Shown: positions 39,301 to 50,567 of the stretch, in pieces
Layout: each line of letters opens with the position of its first letter
Position numbering within the stretch: the stretch's first letter is position 1
Assembly: GCF_964355755.1 (NCBI RefSeq)
Contig: NC_092670.1
Coordinates: forward strand, 18,710,795-18,774,794
DNA: 64,000 bases
Origin: Antedon mediterranea
Taxonomy: Eukaryota > Animalia > Echinodermata
Direction: 5' to 3'
The notes under the pieces: model-generated
Told to the model about the DNA's origin: nothing
The model's database searches: none
What the model saw: only the letters and a program-made list of their open reading frames with translations
Made by a program: the position numbers and the translations under genes

Positions 39301-41207
39301 TGTACTTTGTGGTTTCTTTTGCAGTGCTACAATGCACATGCATGTCACAATTAGTAAAATGAAATAACCCCCCTACATTTCCCCTAACTAAAAAACCCTT
39401 CACCTGATAAAAATGCTTTTAATCTAAAGCAGTTCCGGTTGATCATAAATAAAATTCTTTTCAGACTTTCCCTGCTCTTTCTTAAGCATGCATGTGGACC
39501 CTTCTTTATACTTTATCCTTTGATTATAGATTACCTATAAATTGTAATAAATTGTACAGAAAAAAAGAAAACGTTTTGTGTTTGTATTCAAGCTTGTAAT
39601 ATTTGTTGCTTGAAATCCACCAAGAACTAATTTGTGTATAAAATATTGTTTTCTTTCTTAGAATCTTAAATTCTCTGTAATATGAGTTGTATAATATGTT
39701 GCTTATCAAAAACAAAGACCAAACGTTTTGAATTAAGCAGAGTTAGAGAGTTGTTTTTCTTTGTTCAAACTTTATATATTAATTAATCATTCAATAGTTT
39801 ATATATTTTCATTTTAGTTTATTTCACGTCCTACCCACGTAACCCAGCCCATGTATCACTACAGTATATATTTCTATAAATAAAAATAATCTATTTGAAG
39901 AGAAATTATAATATCTATTTATTTTGTCTTGTGGTGGTAGTAACAATAATTTGTAATATGAAACAGCGCATTACACCTACTTTAACTTTCATCCAATCAA
40001 AATTCGAATTCGTACGTTGCGTTTGTCTAAGTAGACTTTCGTACAGACGTACTGTGGTAGAAAAATTTATCATTCTCGACTTACCAATATTGTCCAATGG
40101 ATGGATAGACGGATGGATGCTCATAAGGAAAACGATTGTTTTTGTTTTGACACTGACAGGTTTGCTTTTTTATATTTTTAATACTCTATATATTGTACAT
40201 TTGTTTGTTTTATAGTATTGTGTGGCCGAATTGTGTTTCGAACTTGTAATAGGCGTAGGCTAGACTAGCTACTACTACTACTACTACTAGCCTAGGCCTA
40301 CTACTAAGGCCCTAGTACTACACTAGGCTAGCTATAGAGGGCCTACTAACTAACTAGGCTAGGCTTAAAAAATGCCAGTCTGGCCAATTAGCCTGGGAAG
40401 CTAACCTATACAAACAACTAGGCCTAGATAGAGGGGTACTAGCTAGTATTATGCCATGGGTGTTCTCTTGAATTTGAATGAAATCTCTTGAATGAAAAAA
40501 TATATTACTAAATTATACTGTCACTTAAAAAAAGAGAACCATTACATTATTATTTATTTACAGTTAGTTTACAACAATGTACACATGTGTATGTCGTATG
40601 CAGCTAGCTATTTACAGTCTGGGTTCGCTATAAAAAAAATTCAGACAGACCAGACAAATCCGTATGGTTTTAACTGTTAAATTAAAAAGTAGTGTGTGAT
40701 GACCAAGCATGATTCATGAGCTTATAGTACCACGTTCACTTGTTATTCCTGCCAACATGCTAATGACTAAAGTTGTCTTTATCCCAAGAGAATGCTGTGT
40801 GAAGTTCATATCAAATTACACTAATTAATGGACCTTGATCTGATCATGATCTGGTGATATATCATTTTGCTCAGTCTTCTATCATCATCCTGTGTTTGTA
40901 AGGGACCATGTCTAAAATCAAAGGCGTTTTCCTCTTCTCCATAAAACCTGCTCCTCAGCCAAGTTTATGTCCAGTACTGTAATAGTACAATTATTATTAC
41001 TGTTTACTAGGATTTGATGGTAAAAATGTTATAATATTTTAGCCAACCACTTGTTGTGGGAAACCCTATCATTTTTTAACTTCATCTATGGGCACATTGT
41101 AAAAATATACATATTCACTGTTTGTATCCATCCATCTTTGTTTGTATCATCATCAAATTTTCCAAATTGCTGCAGATTAAAACAATAACAGATTTAACAC
41201 ACAGCAA

Positions 41208-41806
41208 TTATTTACCTCCGCCAAGGAGGTATATGTAGTCGATCGCGTGTGTTTGTTTGTTAGCGGGATTACTCAAAGAGTAATAGATATGTGGTCAAGG
41301 ACCACTCCATTAAGTTTTGGAGGCAATCCGGACCATGGTCCAAATTTTGGACCACTTTTTAGTATAATTTTTAGACCTGGTAAGATTTTCAAAAGCTGGC
41401 AAAAAATAAACTGAAATTGCATTTTCTTAAGAACTGCTTGTCCAAAAAACTTCATTTTTGTATAAGAGGCAAGCGGTATAATTTGTGAAATGTAATTTTG
41501 AAACATAATTTGATTTAATTTACAGGTTTTTTTGATACGAGTAGTTTTAAAAAACCTATTTCTTTTCAAATTCACCCATTTGTTTTGGGGGTTGCTGTTC
41601 TATTGTTAGTCAACTGAAACTATTTTTAGTTGAAAGGCTAGTTACATAACCATTACACCAAATTCGCACACACATGCTTAGTGAAATTAGCCTAAATCAC
41701 ACACAGCATTAAGAGACACACAAATATATATATTTTCCTGGAGAAATGTTATGTAGGAGAATTTTACAGTAGGCGAGGTATGCAATCTCGGAGTAGCTTT
41801 CTAGTT
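41208..41806 (+). mobile_element. Helentron-associated non-autonomous element (HINE/DINE-1-like)
   Basis: 5' ttatttACCTCCgccaaGGAGGT (subTIR plus short IR), (gttt)n microsatellite, 3' aggcgaggt subTIR, a short hairpin, then CTAG followed by T-run. Confidence 0.75.
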
Positions 41807-41928
41807 TTATTTATAGATTTGAACACTATCCCTAACTAGACAGATATTATCTTGGTTCACTCGTGCATTAGTTGACAAATTTCACTTATTAGATTTTTAA
41901 TTATGTTGTCAAGTTGTTTTATCTGTAG

Positions 41929-42032
41929 GTGCATTTGGACTGTTCCATTTTTGTGTGAAATGCCAGGCATATGGTGAATTCTTGGAATCATTCCACATAT
42001 TGCTGTGATCGATGCAAGAGGAACAAAACAAG
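41929..42032 (+). other. Candidate non-coding 5' UTR exon of ZDHHC4
   Basis: ttttatctgtag| ... AAG|gtaaat; the ATG exon has its own acceptor (ttttcag at 42417), so upstream exon(s) are expected. Confidence 0.4.
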
Positions 42033-42425
42033 GTAAATAACAGCACTTTATATTGTTCAATTATTATCTTAATAAATTAGATTTTATTATTTTCTTTTTA
42101 ATAAACCAATCATGTTTTGTTATGTTATCATCTTTCATTCTTCTTTATTTTAATCATGTATGCAAGGGCAGATTTAGGATTTTGAAATAGGTGGGGCCGA
42201 GGACCTAAAAAAATAACCTAAAAATAATAGATCCGCCTGATACTGTTACAAAATATATACATACTCCAATCATTCGTAAAATACCTAATTATGATGATTG
42301 TAGAGTGTGTAAATTCTCTGTTTGAATAACTTCTACGACCATGCCAAATCCAGTCAAAAGCATTGTAACAGCACTCAAAGGAGCTCTCTTAATCTGTACT
42401 TATTTTATACTTTTCAGTACGCACA

Positions 42426-42548
42426 ATGGACTTTCTAACAGTGGTTGTGATTTACGTAATCGTCTTTTCTTTATGTTCATACATACTTACGTCAGCTGAC
42501 AGTAAAACACCGGGAATTATTGGTAATACACGTCGTCAGTTGATTTGG
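42426..42548 (+). CDS. ZDHHC4: ZDHHC4 coding exon 1
   Basis: [41 protein letters not shown]|gtaaga. Confidence 0.88.
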
Positions 42549-45500
42549 GTAAGAAGTTTGCATGTCTATGCGTTTGTGTATGGAAATAAAAGGCCAACAC
42601 TATATTACTAATGACAGTCACTTAAGTGATTTATACTTAATACAGTATAAGTCAATAAATATTTAAGAATGTATTTAAAATTTTAATGGTTTTTCTCTAA
42701 GGCTCTGTTTACACTATCAAATTTAATGTGACAAAAAAATGTGATGTGGTCATGGACATGATGATGTCATATCATTACTATATTTGGGTACATTTTTTTT
42801 TTTTGTCAAACTAGTTTGATAGTATAGACAGAACTTTAGCCTATGTATGAATTTAAAATATGGCCTCAGTACTCTACCTACACTCTACACACTGGAGTTG
42901 GATAGCCGAGTGGTTAGGACACATGACTGTCATACAGATAGAACCCGGGTTCAATTCCTGAAAAATCCCAGTCCACTCAGCTGTAAATGAGTACCAAGTT
43001 GAAAATACTAGGGAGAAAAAAGGCGGCGTGGAAAGGAACTGGCCACCCTACCACATAATGCCGAGGCTTAGTACAATGAGCTCCTAACAGCTCATTCCCC
43101 TATGTTCAGAATGAACACGGGACTCACCTTTACCTTTATTCTACACTCTTGCAGCAATCCCACACTTAAATTGTTTATCCAAAAAATAGGATGGAGTATT
43201 ATAGAATTTATTATTCTTTACTCCATGAAAAATAAATAGAGATTTACATAAAGTTTAATAGCCTACTTATACAATTATATAATGTGATTTTACTTTTTTT
43301 AGTTATTTGAGGGATTGTACTATTACTTGTTGCCAGCCAAACTTCGAACTACATTACAAAATGTTATTCATCATATTTTTGATGAAAGGTGAGGTACTAT
43401 ATATGCTGCACATTTACTCGCAACCCGTTTTTAATGAAAGGTCAAGTATCAAGGCTTTAAAAAAATGACTAAATTAAAAGGGTCTTTGGTCGTAGTCTAT
43501 TTAGTGGATTGGAAGGCAATTGTTAACCTACTTTTATAATTGTCTGCTTACTGCCTATATTTGTGGATGCATTACAAGGATTATTACTCACACAACTCCA
43601 GTTCCTAAGCCTCAAATGAGACTTAAAGCTCTATCTACACTATCATACTTTATTATGTGACATAACTTATTTTGACTTCCATCTGCAGATGTGTGATGTT
43701 TTTATGTTTATTGTAATTTTTAAGAAGTGTAATTTGTAATTTTTTATATATTTTTTTTAATGTGCAGAAAAACCAATAAAACAAACAAACAAACAAACAA
43801 AAAATGTGATGTACCCATATACAGTACAGTATGGACATGATGAAGTCATATCACTACCATATTTGGGCACATCACACTTGTTGTCAACCTAGTTTGATAA
43901 TGTAGACAGTGCTTTTAGTTTATAAGCACCATAGTTTATCCATCATGTATTGATGAGTAACTTTATTTTGGATGAAAAATTGATTATCACATGATTTGAA
44001 CCCAGAAGTCTGAGATTCAAACGTAATAATTCTCTCCACACCACACCTGGGTTTGCACAAATAATTACTACTTACACAGAATATACCACAAATTGATTTT
44101 AAACATTTTAAAATGATTAATTTTATATTATTTTCAGAAATTGTTACTTACAAGTAACTTACTGCTTGATTGTAGGAGTCTGCTTTTGGATTCTCACAGT
44201 GCAAATAATTCCAAATGCTACAGCTTACTGCAATTCTACCTTGTCCACGTATGCTCCATTTGTAGAGTTGCTAACGAATCTGTACTTTTTCATTTCAACT
44301 TCGCTAAAAGATTCTGGTACTCTATCATCCAAAAACATTGATACGTTTATGAACCGTTACCCATATGATGGTCAACTGTATGTTAAAGGAGTCAATTGTA
44401 GAACGTGCTTATTTCAGAAGCCAGCAAGGTCAAAACATTGTAGTGAGTTTAAATTGTTACCATTATAAGAGTATAATTATGATCGGTGGTGTCCAAGGGT
44501 CACCCAAAGTACCGCACCCAGCCTAAAGATTTTTGTAAGATCTTCCACCCACCCTAATCTTAACAAAATATCCACTCGCCATAACTTTTTGTAACTGAGA
44601 GTGCTGTTTTTCTTTTCATCTACTTTTTCTCTCTACTCCAAGATGGAACTATCCCTACTCCCTTTTATCCTACAGGGTACTTAACACTTGTAACCCACAG
44701 GTATATACTTTGAATAAATAACTTGTCTGTTTTACATTGTTAGGCATATGCAATCACTGTGTAGTGAGATTTGACCATCACTGCTCCTGGGTAAACAACT
44801 GCATTGGTGCTTTTAACATCAAGCATTTCATTGGCTACCTGTTTACAATAGCATTAATGTGTGTGCACGTGGCTGTGCTCGGAGTATATGCATTGCTAAA
44901 TATTGTTTATTCCACTGGACTTCATATGGCGCAGTATGTGGATAGTGACGGCAAACTCAGACCAATGAATTTTAGAGTATTAATTCAGGTTGGTGAGACA
45001 TACAATGATGAATACCTTAACCCACATCCATACAAAAATCAATTCATGTATATGAATATTTATATGTAAATCAATGAATGTGTTGCGTAGCACTGTGTAA
45101 ATTATATATAAATCATACTGTTAAATTATTGAACCATTGAAACAGTGCTCATATTCGGAACATGATCTCATAATCGCGTCGAGCATAGCTCATTGGCGAA
45201 AGTTCCGTATTTTTTTAATTCTATGAAAAAATGTCTCTGGCGGGATTCGAACCTGCAACCTCTCGCTTACAGGGCGAGTATCATACCACTAGACCACAGA
45301 GCCATATATGGTATTATCATGGAGATTTTCACCCACCAGATACATTCTCTCATACAACAAACGCCCTCACAATCACTGGAGGCCTAACAAGTCAGAATAA
45401 ATTCCAACTTTAATACCATATATGGCTCTGTGGTCTAGTGGTATGATACTCGCCCTGTAAGCGAGAGGTTGCAGGTTCGAATCCCGCCAGAGACATTTTT

Positions 45501-46017
45501 TCATAGAATTAAAAAAATACGGAACTTTCGCCAATGAGCTATGCTCGACGCGATTATGAGATCATGTTCCGAATATGAGCACTGTTTCAATGGTTCAATA
45601 ATTTGACAGTATGAATTATGAATATTTATATATATATATCACTATGTTTTGTGATTACATTGTTTTCAGCATTTATTTATGGAGTACCCACTTGTGGTTT
45701 TCCTCACGACTGCGTTAGGACTTCTTTCATTTCTAATTGGTGGATTTACAACCTACCATCTGTACCTTGCTCTCACCAACCAGACAACAAACGAGAGATA
45801 CAAGAAAGCGGCTTTAAAATCTGCAAAAAACATTGCTACGGATGAACACATACACAGAACAAACAACAAGAGAAAGACAAGACATTCCAAAAACAAGATA
45901 AAATGTGCAGTACCACAGTACATGCTAACCATAGAGGGAGCCAGTCAGTTTTATGATCATGGACTCTCCAGCAATTTGAAAGAAATCTTATTTCCATGTA
46001 AAGAAAAGAGTCTGTGA
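42426..46017 (+). CDS. ZDHHC4: Palmitoyltransferase ZDHHC4 (DHHC-CRD protein), 5 coding exons, 368 aa
   Basis: Exons 42426-42548, 43303-43388, 44138-44442, 44744-44988, 45670-46017 join in frame. N-terminus [61 protein letters not shown] and a C-terminal KxKxx are all features of the DHHC4/SWF1 subfamily. Confidence 0.93.
42701..42836. mobile_element. Harbinger-like MITE, family B
   Basis: TIR (a/g)gctctgt.tacactatcaaa / tttgatagt.tagacaga.ct; other copies at 43627-43913, 50861-50996 and a fragment at 63570-63625. Confidence 0.7.
42894..43140 (+). mobile_element. tRNA-derived SINE with conserved central domain
   Basis: A box TAGCCGAGTGG, B box GGTTCAATTCC, core GTCCACTCAGCTGTAAATGAGTACC (resembles the Nin/Meta-type SINE cores), tail ending in (accttt) repeats. 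Confidence 0.8.
43303..43388 (+). CDS. ZDHHC4: ZDHHC4 coding exon 2
   Basis: ttttag|TTA ... AG|gtgagg; [29 protein letters not shown]. Confidence 0.85.
43627..43913. mobile_element. Harbinger-like MITE, family B, with internal AT-rich insertion
   Basis: agctctatctacactatca ... tttgataatgtagacagtgct; shares the internal atggacatgatga.gtcatatcactaccatatttggg sequence. Confidence 0.7.
44138..44442 (+). CDS. ZDHHC4: ZDHHC4 coding exon 3
   Basis: ttttcag|A ... A|gtgagt; ends [15 protein letters not shown]. Confidence 0.92.
44744..44988 (+). CDS. ZDHHC4: ZDHHC4 coding exon 4 (DHHC motif)
   Basis: gttag|GC ... CAG|gttggt; [21 protein letters not shown]. Confidence 0.94.
45232..45303 (-). tRNA. 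tRNA-like sequence (Pro-type body, TGT at the anticodon position), probably element-borne
   Basis: Exact inverted copy of 45424-45495. Confidence 0.55.
45424..45495 (+). tRNA. tRNA-like sequence (Pro-type body, TGT at the anticodon position), probably element-borne
   Basis: GGCTCTG TG GTCTAGTGGTATGAT A CTCGC CCTGTAA GCGAG AGGTT GCAGG TTCGAAT CCCGC CAGAGAC A then TTTTTT; cloverleaf with 6/7 acceptor pairs, 5/5 anticodon-stem pairs and 4/5 T-stem pairs; intact A and B boxes. Confidence 0.55.
45670..46017 (+). CDS. ZDHHC4: ZDHHC4 coding exon 5
   Basis: ttttcag|CAT; HLFMEYP...TNQTTNE...FPCKEKSL*. Confidence 0.92.
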   Translation, partial: HLFMEYPLVVFLTTALGLLSFLIGGFTTYHLYLALTNQTTNERYKKAALKSAKNIATDEHIHRTNNKRKTRHSKNKIKCAVPQYMLTIEGASQFYDHGLSSNLKEILFPCKEKSL

Positions 46018-46054
46018 TTTATATTTTTAAAAAATCATAAATTTTTTTAAATAA

Positions 46055-49000
46055 CTGGTTACTATATTATAATTAACATGCGCATAGTCGAATAATGTAT
46101 TCTGCGCATGTCAATTATGATATAGTAACCAAAAAATAAAAGTGTTGAAAATTGGCCATTGAAAAAAAAAATCCCTGTACTTACCGTCAGGGAAATCTTT
46201 GAAACATTTTCGACACTTTTATTTTTTTTTATGTGTACATATTTCTAAGTACAGATTTGTGAATATACATAAGTTGGATTCAGAAGGGCCTATGTACACT
46301 CCACTCTTTATTTTATAATACAGCATATTTATATATTTTATATTTATTTACAATATTTAAGCAAATGTTTTCATAACATAACATAATGATGTTAAACTTA
46401 AAGATGTATTGTCCCCAAAAAACATGATGAATAATAAAATCTGCCTTTGGTTAAATAGGCTTAATAAAGTTAATCATTTCCATAGAAAAAAAAATGATTT
46501 TCACTTATAATACAGTAAGGAAAAATAATGGTTAAATTCAACAAAAAAACATTGTTTTCACAAGGACTTTTTTCCAAATTTTGGAATTTTCTATTTTATT
46601 TCATAACTTGTTACTATATCATAATTTGACATGTACAGACACACCTAATGTGTTCTGTGCATAATACTTGAAAAGCTGATATTACTGTAAAAAGGTCGAA
46701 ATTTTGCCATTTTATGAAAAAATCCCTGTACTAAATTATTATTACTTTTTACCATAACTGGTTACTATATCATAATTAACATGCGCAGAGCCGAATAATG
46801 TGTCCTGCGCATGTTAATTGTGCTATAGTAACCAATTATATCGAAAATAAAAATGGCCAATTTTCGACCCTTTTAGTTTTTGCCATAACTGGGTACTATA
46901 GCACAATTAACATGCGCAAGCATGCCAATTGTGCTATAGTAACCAGTTATATCGAAAATAAAAATAGCCAATTTTCGACCCTTTTATTTCTTGCCATAAC
47001 TGGATACTATATCATAATTAACATGCGCAGAATCAAACCATTTGTTTTGCGCATGCCAATGTTTATTATACTATAGTAACCATTTATGTCAAAACTGGTT
47101 ACTATTGCATAATAAACATGCGCATGCAGAGGCGAATGATGGGTTCTGCGCATGTCAAATTGTGCTAGTATGGTAACCAGTTTTGACATAAATGGTTACT
47201 ATAGCATAATAAACATGTGCAGAGGCGAATAATGGGTTCTGCGCATGTCAATTGTGCTATGGTAACCAGTTTTGACATAAATGGTTACTATAGCATAATA
47301 AACATGCGCAGAGGCGAATAATGGGTTCTGCGCATATCAATTGTGCTATAGTAACCAGTTTTATCGAAAAATAAAAGAGTCGAAAATTGGCCATTTTTTT
47401 GAAGAAAAAAAAAATTGCGAAAATGGCCGATTTTCGACCCTTTTATTTTTTGACATAAATGGTTAATATCGCATAATAAACATGCGCAGAGGCGAATAAT
47501 GGGTTCTCCGCATGTCAATTGTGCTATGGTAACCAGTTTTGACATAAATGGTTACTATCACATAATAAATATGCGCAGAGGCGAATAATGGGCTCTGCGC
47601 ATGTCAATTGTGCTATGGTAACCAGTTTTGACATAAATGGTTACTATAGTATAATAAACATGCGCAGACGAATAATGGGTTCTGCGCATATCAATTGTGC
47701 TATAGTAACCAGTTTTATCGAAAAATAAAAAGGTCGAAAATTGGCCATATTTTTGAAAAATCCCTGTACTGTAGTACAGGGAAATTTGCAAAAAATTGCC
47801 GATTTTCGACCCTTTTATTTTTTGACATAAATGGTTGCTATAGCATAATAAACATGCGCAGAGTCGAATAATGTGTTCTGCGCATGTCAATTGTGCTATA
47901 GTAACCAGTTTTTACATAAATGGTTACTATAGTATAATAAACATGCGCAGAGGCAAATAATGGGTTCTGCGCATGTCAATTGTGCTATGGTAACCAGTTT
48001 TGACATAAATGATTACTATAGTATAATAAACATGCGCAGAGGCAAATAATGGGTTCTGCGCATGTCAATTGTGCTATAGTAATTGGCCATTTTTTTTTTT
48101 TAAATCCCTGTACTATAGTACAGGGAAATCTGCGAAAATGTCCGATTTTCGACCCTTTTATTTTTTGACATAAATGGTTACTATCACATAATAAACATAC
48201 GCAGAGGCAAATAATGGGTTCTGCGCATGTCAATTGTGCTATAGTAATTGGCCATTTTTTTTTTTTAAATCCCTGTACTATAGTACAGGGAAATCTGCGA
48301 AAATGTCCGATTTTCGACCCTTTTATTTTTTGACATAAATGGTTACTATCACATAATAAACATACGCAGAGGCAAATAATGGGTTCTGCGCATGTCAATT
48401 GTGCTATAGTAATTGGCCATTTTTTTTTAAAAAATCCCTGTACTATAGTACAGGGAAATCTGCGAAAATGTCCGATTTTCGACCCTTTTATTTTTTGACA
48501 TAAATGGTTACTATCACATAATAAACATACGCAGAGGCAAATAATGGGTTCTGCGCATGTCAATTGTGCTATGGTAACCAGTTTTGACATAAATTGTTAC
48601 ATAGTATAATAAACATGCGCAGAGACGAATAATGGGTTCTGCGCATGTCAATTGTGCTATAGTAACCAGTTTTATCGAAAAATAAAAAGGTCAAAAATTT
48701 ACCATTTTTTTGAAAAAATGCCTGTACTTGTACAGGGAAATTTGCGAAAAATGGCCGATTTTCGACCCTTTTATTTTTTTACATAAATGGTTACTATGGC
48801 ATAATAAACAAGCGCAGAGGCGAATAATGGGTTCTGCGCATGTCAATTGTGCTATGGTAACCAGTTTTGACATAAATGGTTACTATCGCATAATAAACAT
48901 GCGCAGAGGCGAATAATGGGTTCCGCGCATGTCAATTGTGCTATGGTAACCAGTTTTGACATAAATGGTTACTATCACATAAAAAACATGCGCAGAGACG

Positions 49001-49400
49001 AGTAATGGGTTCTGCGCATGTCAATTGTGCTATATTAACCAGTTTTGACATAAATGGTTACTATAGTATAATAAACATGCGCAGAGACGAATAATGGGTT
49101 CTGCGCATGTCAATTGTGCTATGGTAACATGATAACAACTGAATCGAATAATGTGTTTTACGCATGTTATATAGTAACCAGTTATAAATAGGTCGAAAAT
49201 TGGAAATTTTAGGAAATTATGTGTTCCACGCATGTTCCGTTAATATATATTTTGAAAAACCGATATTTTGACATTTTTCCCAAATTTTCCAGTACGCAGA
49301 CGTTTTGCGCATGTTACCTCAATATACATTTTGAAAAGCCGATATTTTGGTCATTTAAAAAAAATCCCTGTACTATGTTTTGCTGTCAAAATGTAATAGC
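46055..49400. repeat. Complex satellite of palindromic modules (89-bp hairpin unit, longer palindromic module, 165-bp composite unit)
   Basis: Unit ggttactatagcataataaacatgcgcaga-ggcgaataatgggt-tctgcgcatgtcaattgtgctatggtaacc-agttttgacataaat (period 89, e.g. 47194 to 47283); the second module is centred on tccctgtactatagtacaggga; homogeneous core about 46760-49130. Confidence 0.93.
46398..46552. mobile_element. Fragment (left end) of the Kolobok-type MITE family at 51489-52585
   Basis: ttaa-agatgtattgtcc ... ttttcacttataa ... gttaaattcaa matches the left arm at 51485-51645. Confidence 0.65.
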
Positions 49401-50404
49401 TCTCATAATTGATTAGAAATTGTGGGTCAAAACATTGGTCAATTAACCTTTTGATATTTCTGTTTTTAATGACTTTTATTATTTTCTTTTAGGTATTAAT
49501 TAATCTTTATAATCTCTATATATGAAGCTATATTACAGTACAACAATGCTCACATGAACCATGGAGTTATAACTCCATGCATAAACGTACTATCACGTGT
49601 TCATGTGAATGATATGCTACACAATAGGCCCTATCTCCCTGGGAGGAGAAGTGAATTGTTTAAAAACAAACGATTAATCTGCGCGCGCATGCAGTATACA
49701 CCGTTCACTATCGATTGGTGGTCGTTCATTCTTGGTTTACCGTTCAGAAACAAAAGTTTGCTAACATGATACATCATTTGACCATATTGTATTGTTTTTT
49801 CGTCAATATCTAGGCCTATTTGTAAACTCATTTTCCCGTACGTTAGGCCTACATACAGTATTATTTCGCACAAAAAAATGTTGTATACAAGTGGTAACTG
49901 CTGAAAATATTAATAATAGGCCTATAGAGCAATGTTCTCTTTGATCGTTCTTGCTGAACACGTTGCTAAGCGGAGAGCAACGCGTTATTCATAGTACGTA
50001 TAGTATTCTGCGGTTAATTTGATTGATAATATTCAGATAACGTTTAATTACAGTTTTATGTAGTTCTACAGCCAACAAATATTGTTAATATTGTTTAACA
50101 GCGTGTTTTATTGACGGGTACTAGAGAATACACAATAGTAGCATGGTGCCATTAATTGTCTACACTGTGAAAGCCTTTCACTGTGCTTTATTGTGTAGTT
50201 TGATCAATGCTAATTTTTACTTTATTATAAAAAGCAGGTATTGTAAACTATGCTAATAGAATAATTAATCGAGTGTATTGGTAAAAGGAAATGACGAGTA
50301 CAATGCTTCTTTACTATTTTCTTATTATCAATAACAATTAACATACGGCAGTACATAACGGCTATCATCAAAATGAGACAGTGATAATGATGGTGCTACG
50401 TAAT

Positions 50405-50567
50405 GCTTGGTATACCCATACCCCAGAGACGCAACACAAGGACATAACGCAACGTAAGCGAGTTGACCAATCACAAACGATGGATTATTTAAACTGTCGC
50501 TTGTCATTGTTCAACACGCTTGCGCTGCGTTTACGTCTTTGCGTTGCGTCCTAGGTGGAACCAAGCT
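50405..50567. mobile_element. Palindromic Harbinger-like MITE, family A
   Basis: gcttggt ... gacgcaacacaaggac ... gtctttgcgttgcgtc ... accaagct; near-complete foldback. Confidence 0.7.

Larger units (their letters stand above)
45113..45614. mobile_element. Foldback element: 204-bp inverted arms (one mismatch seen) around a 94-bp spacer, each arm carrying a tRNA-like gene
   Basis: 45113-45316 is the reverse complement of 45411-45614; TA-rich flanks; a truncated terminus of the same family lies at 56761-56806. Confidence 0.9.

Noticed and set aside
46760-49130. CRISPR-like array of palindromic repeats
   Set aside because: The intervening sequences are themselves repeated (no unique spacers), there are no cas genes, and the context is eukaryotic
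46798-49233. Cys-rich repetitive ORFs (e.g. 47985..48590)
   Set aside because: Translations of the satellite on both strands; no splice or domain support
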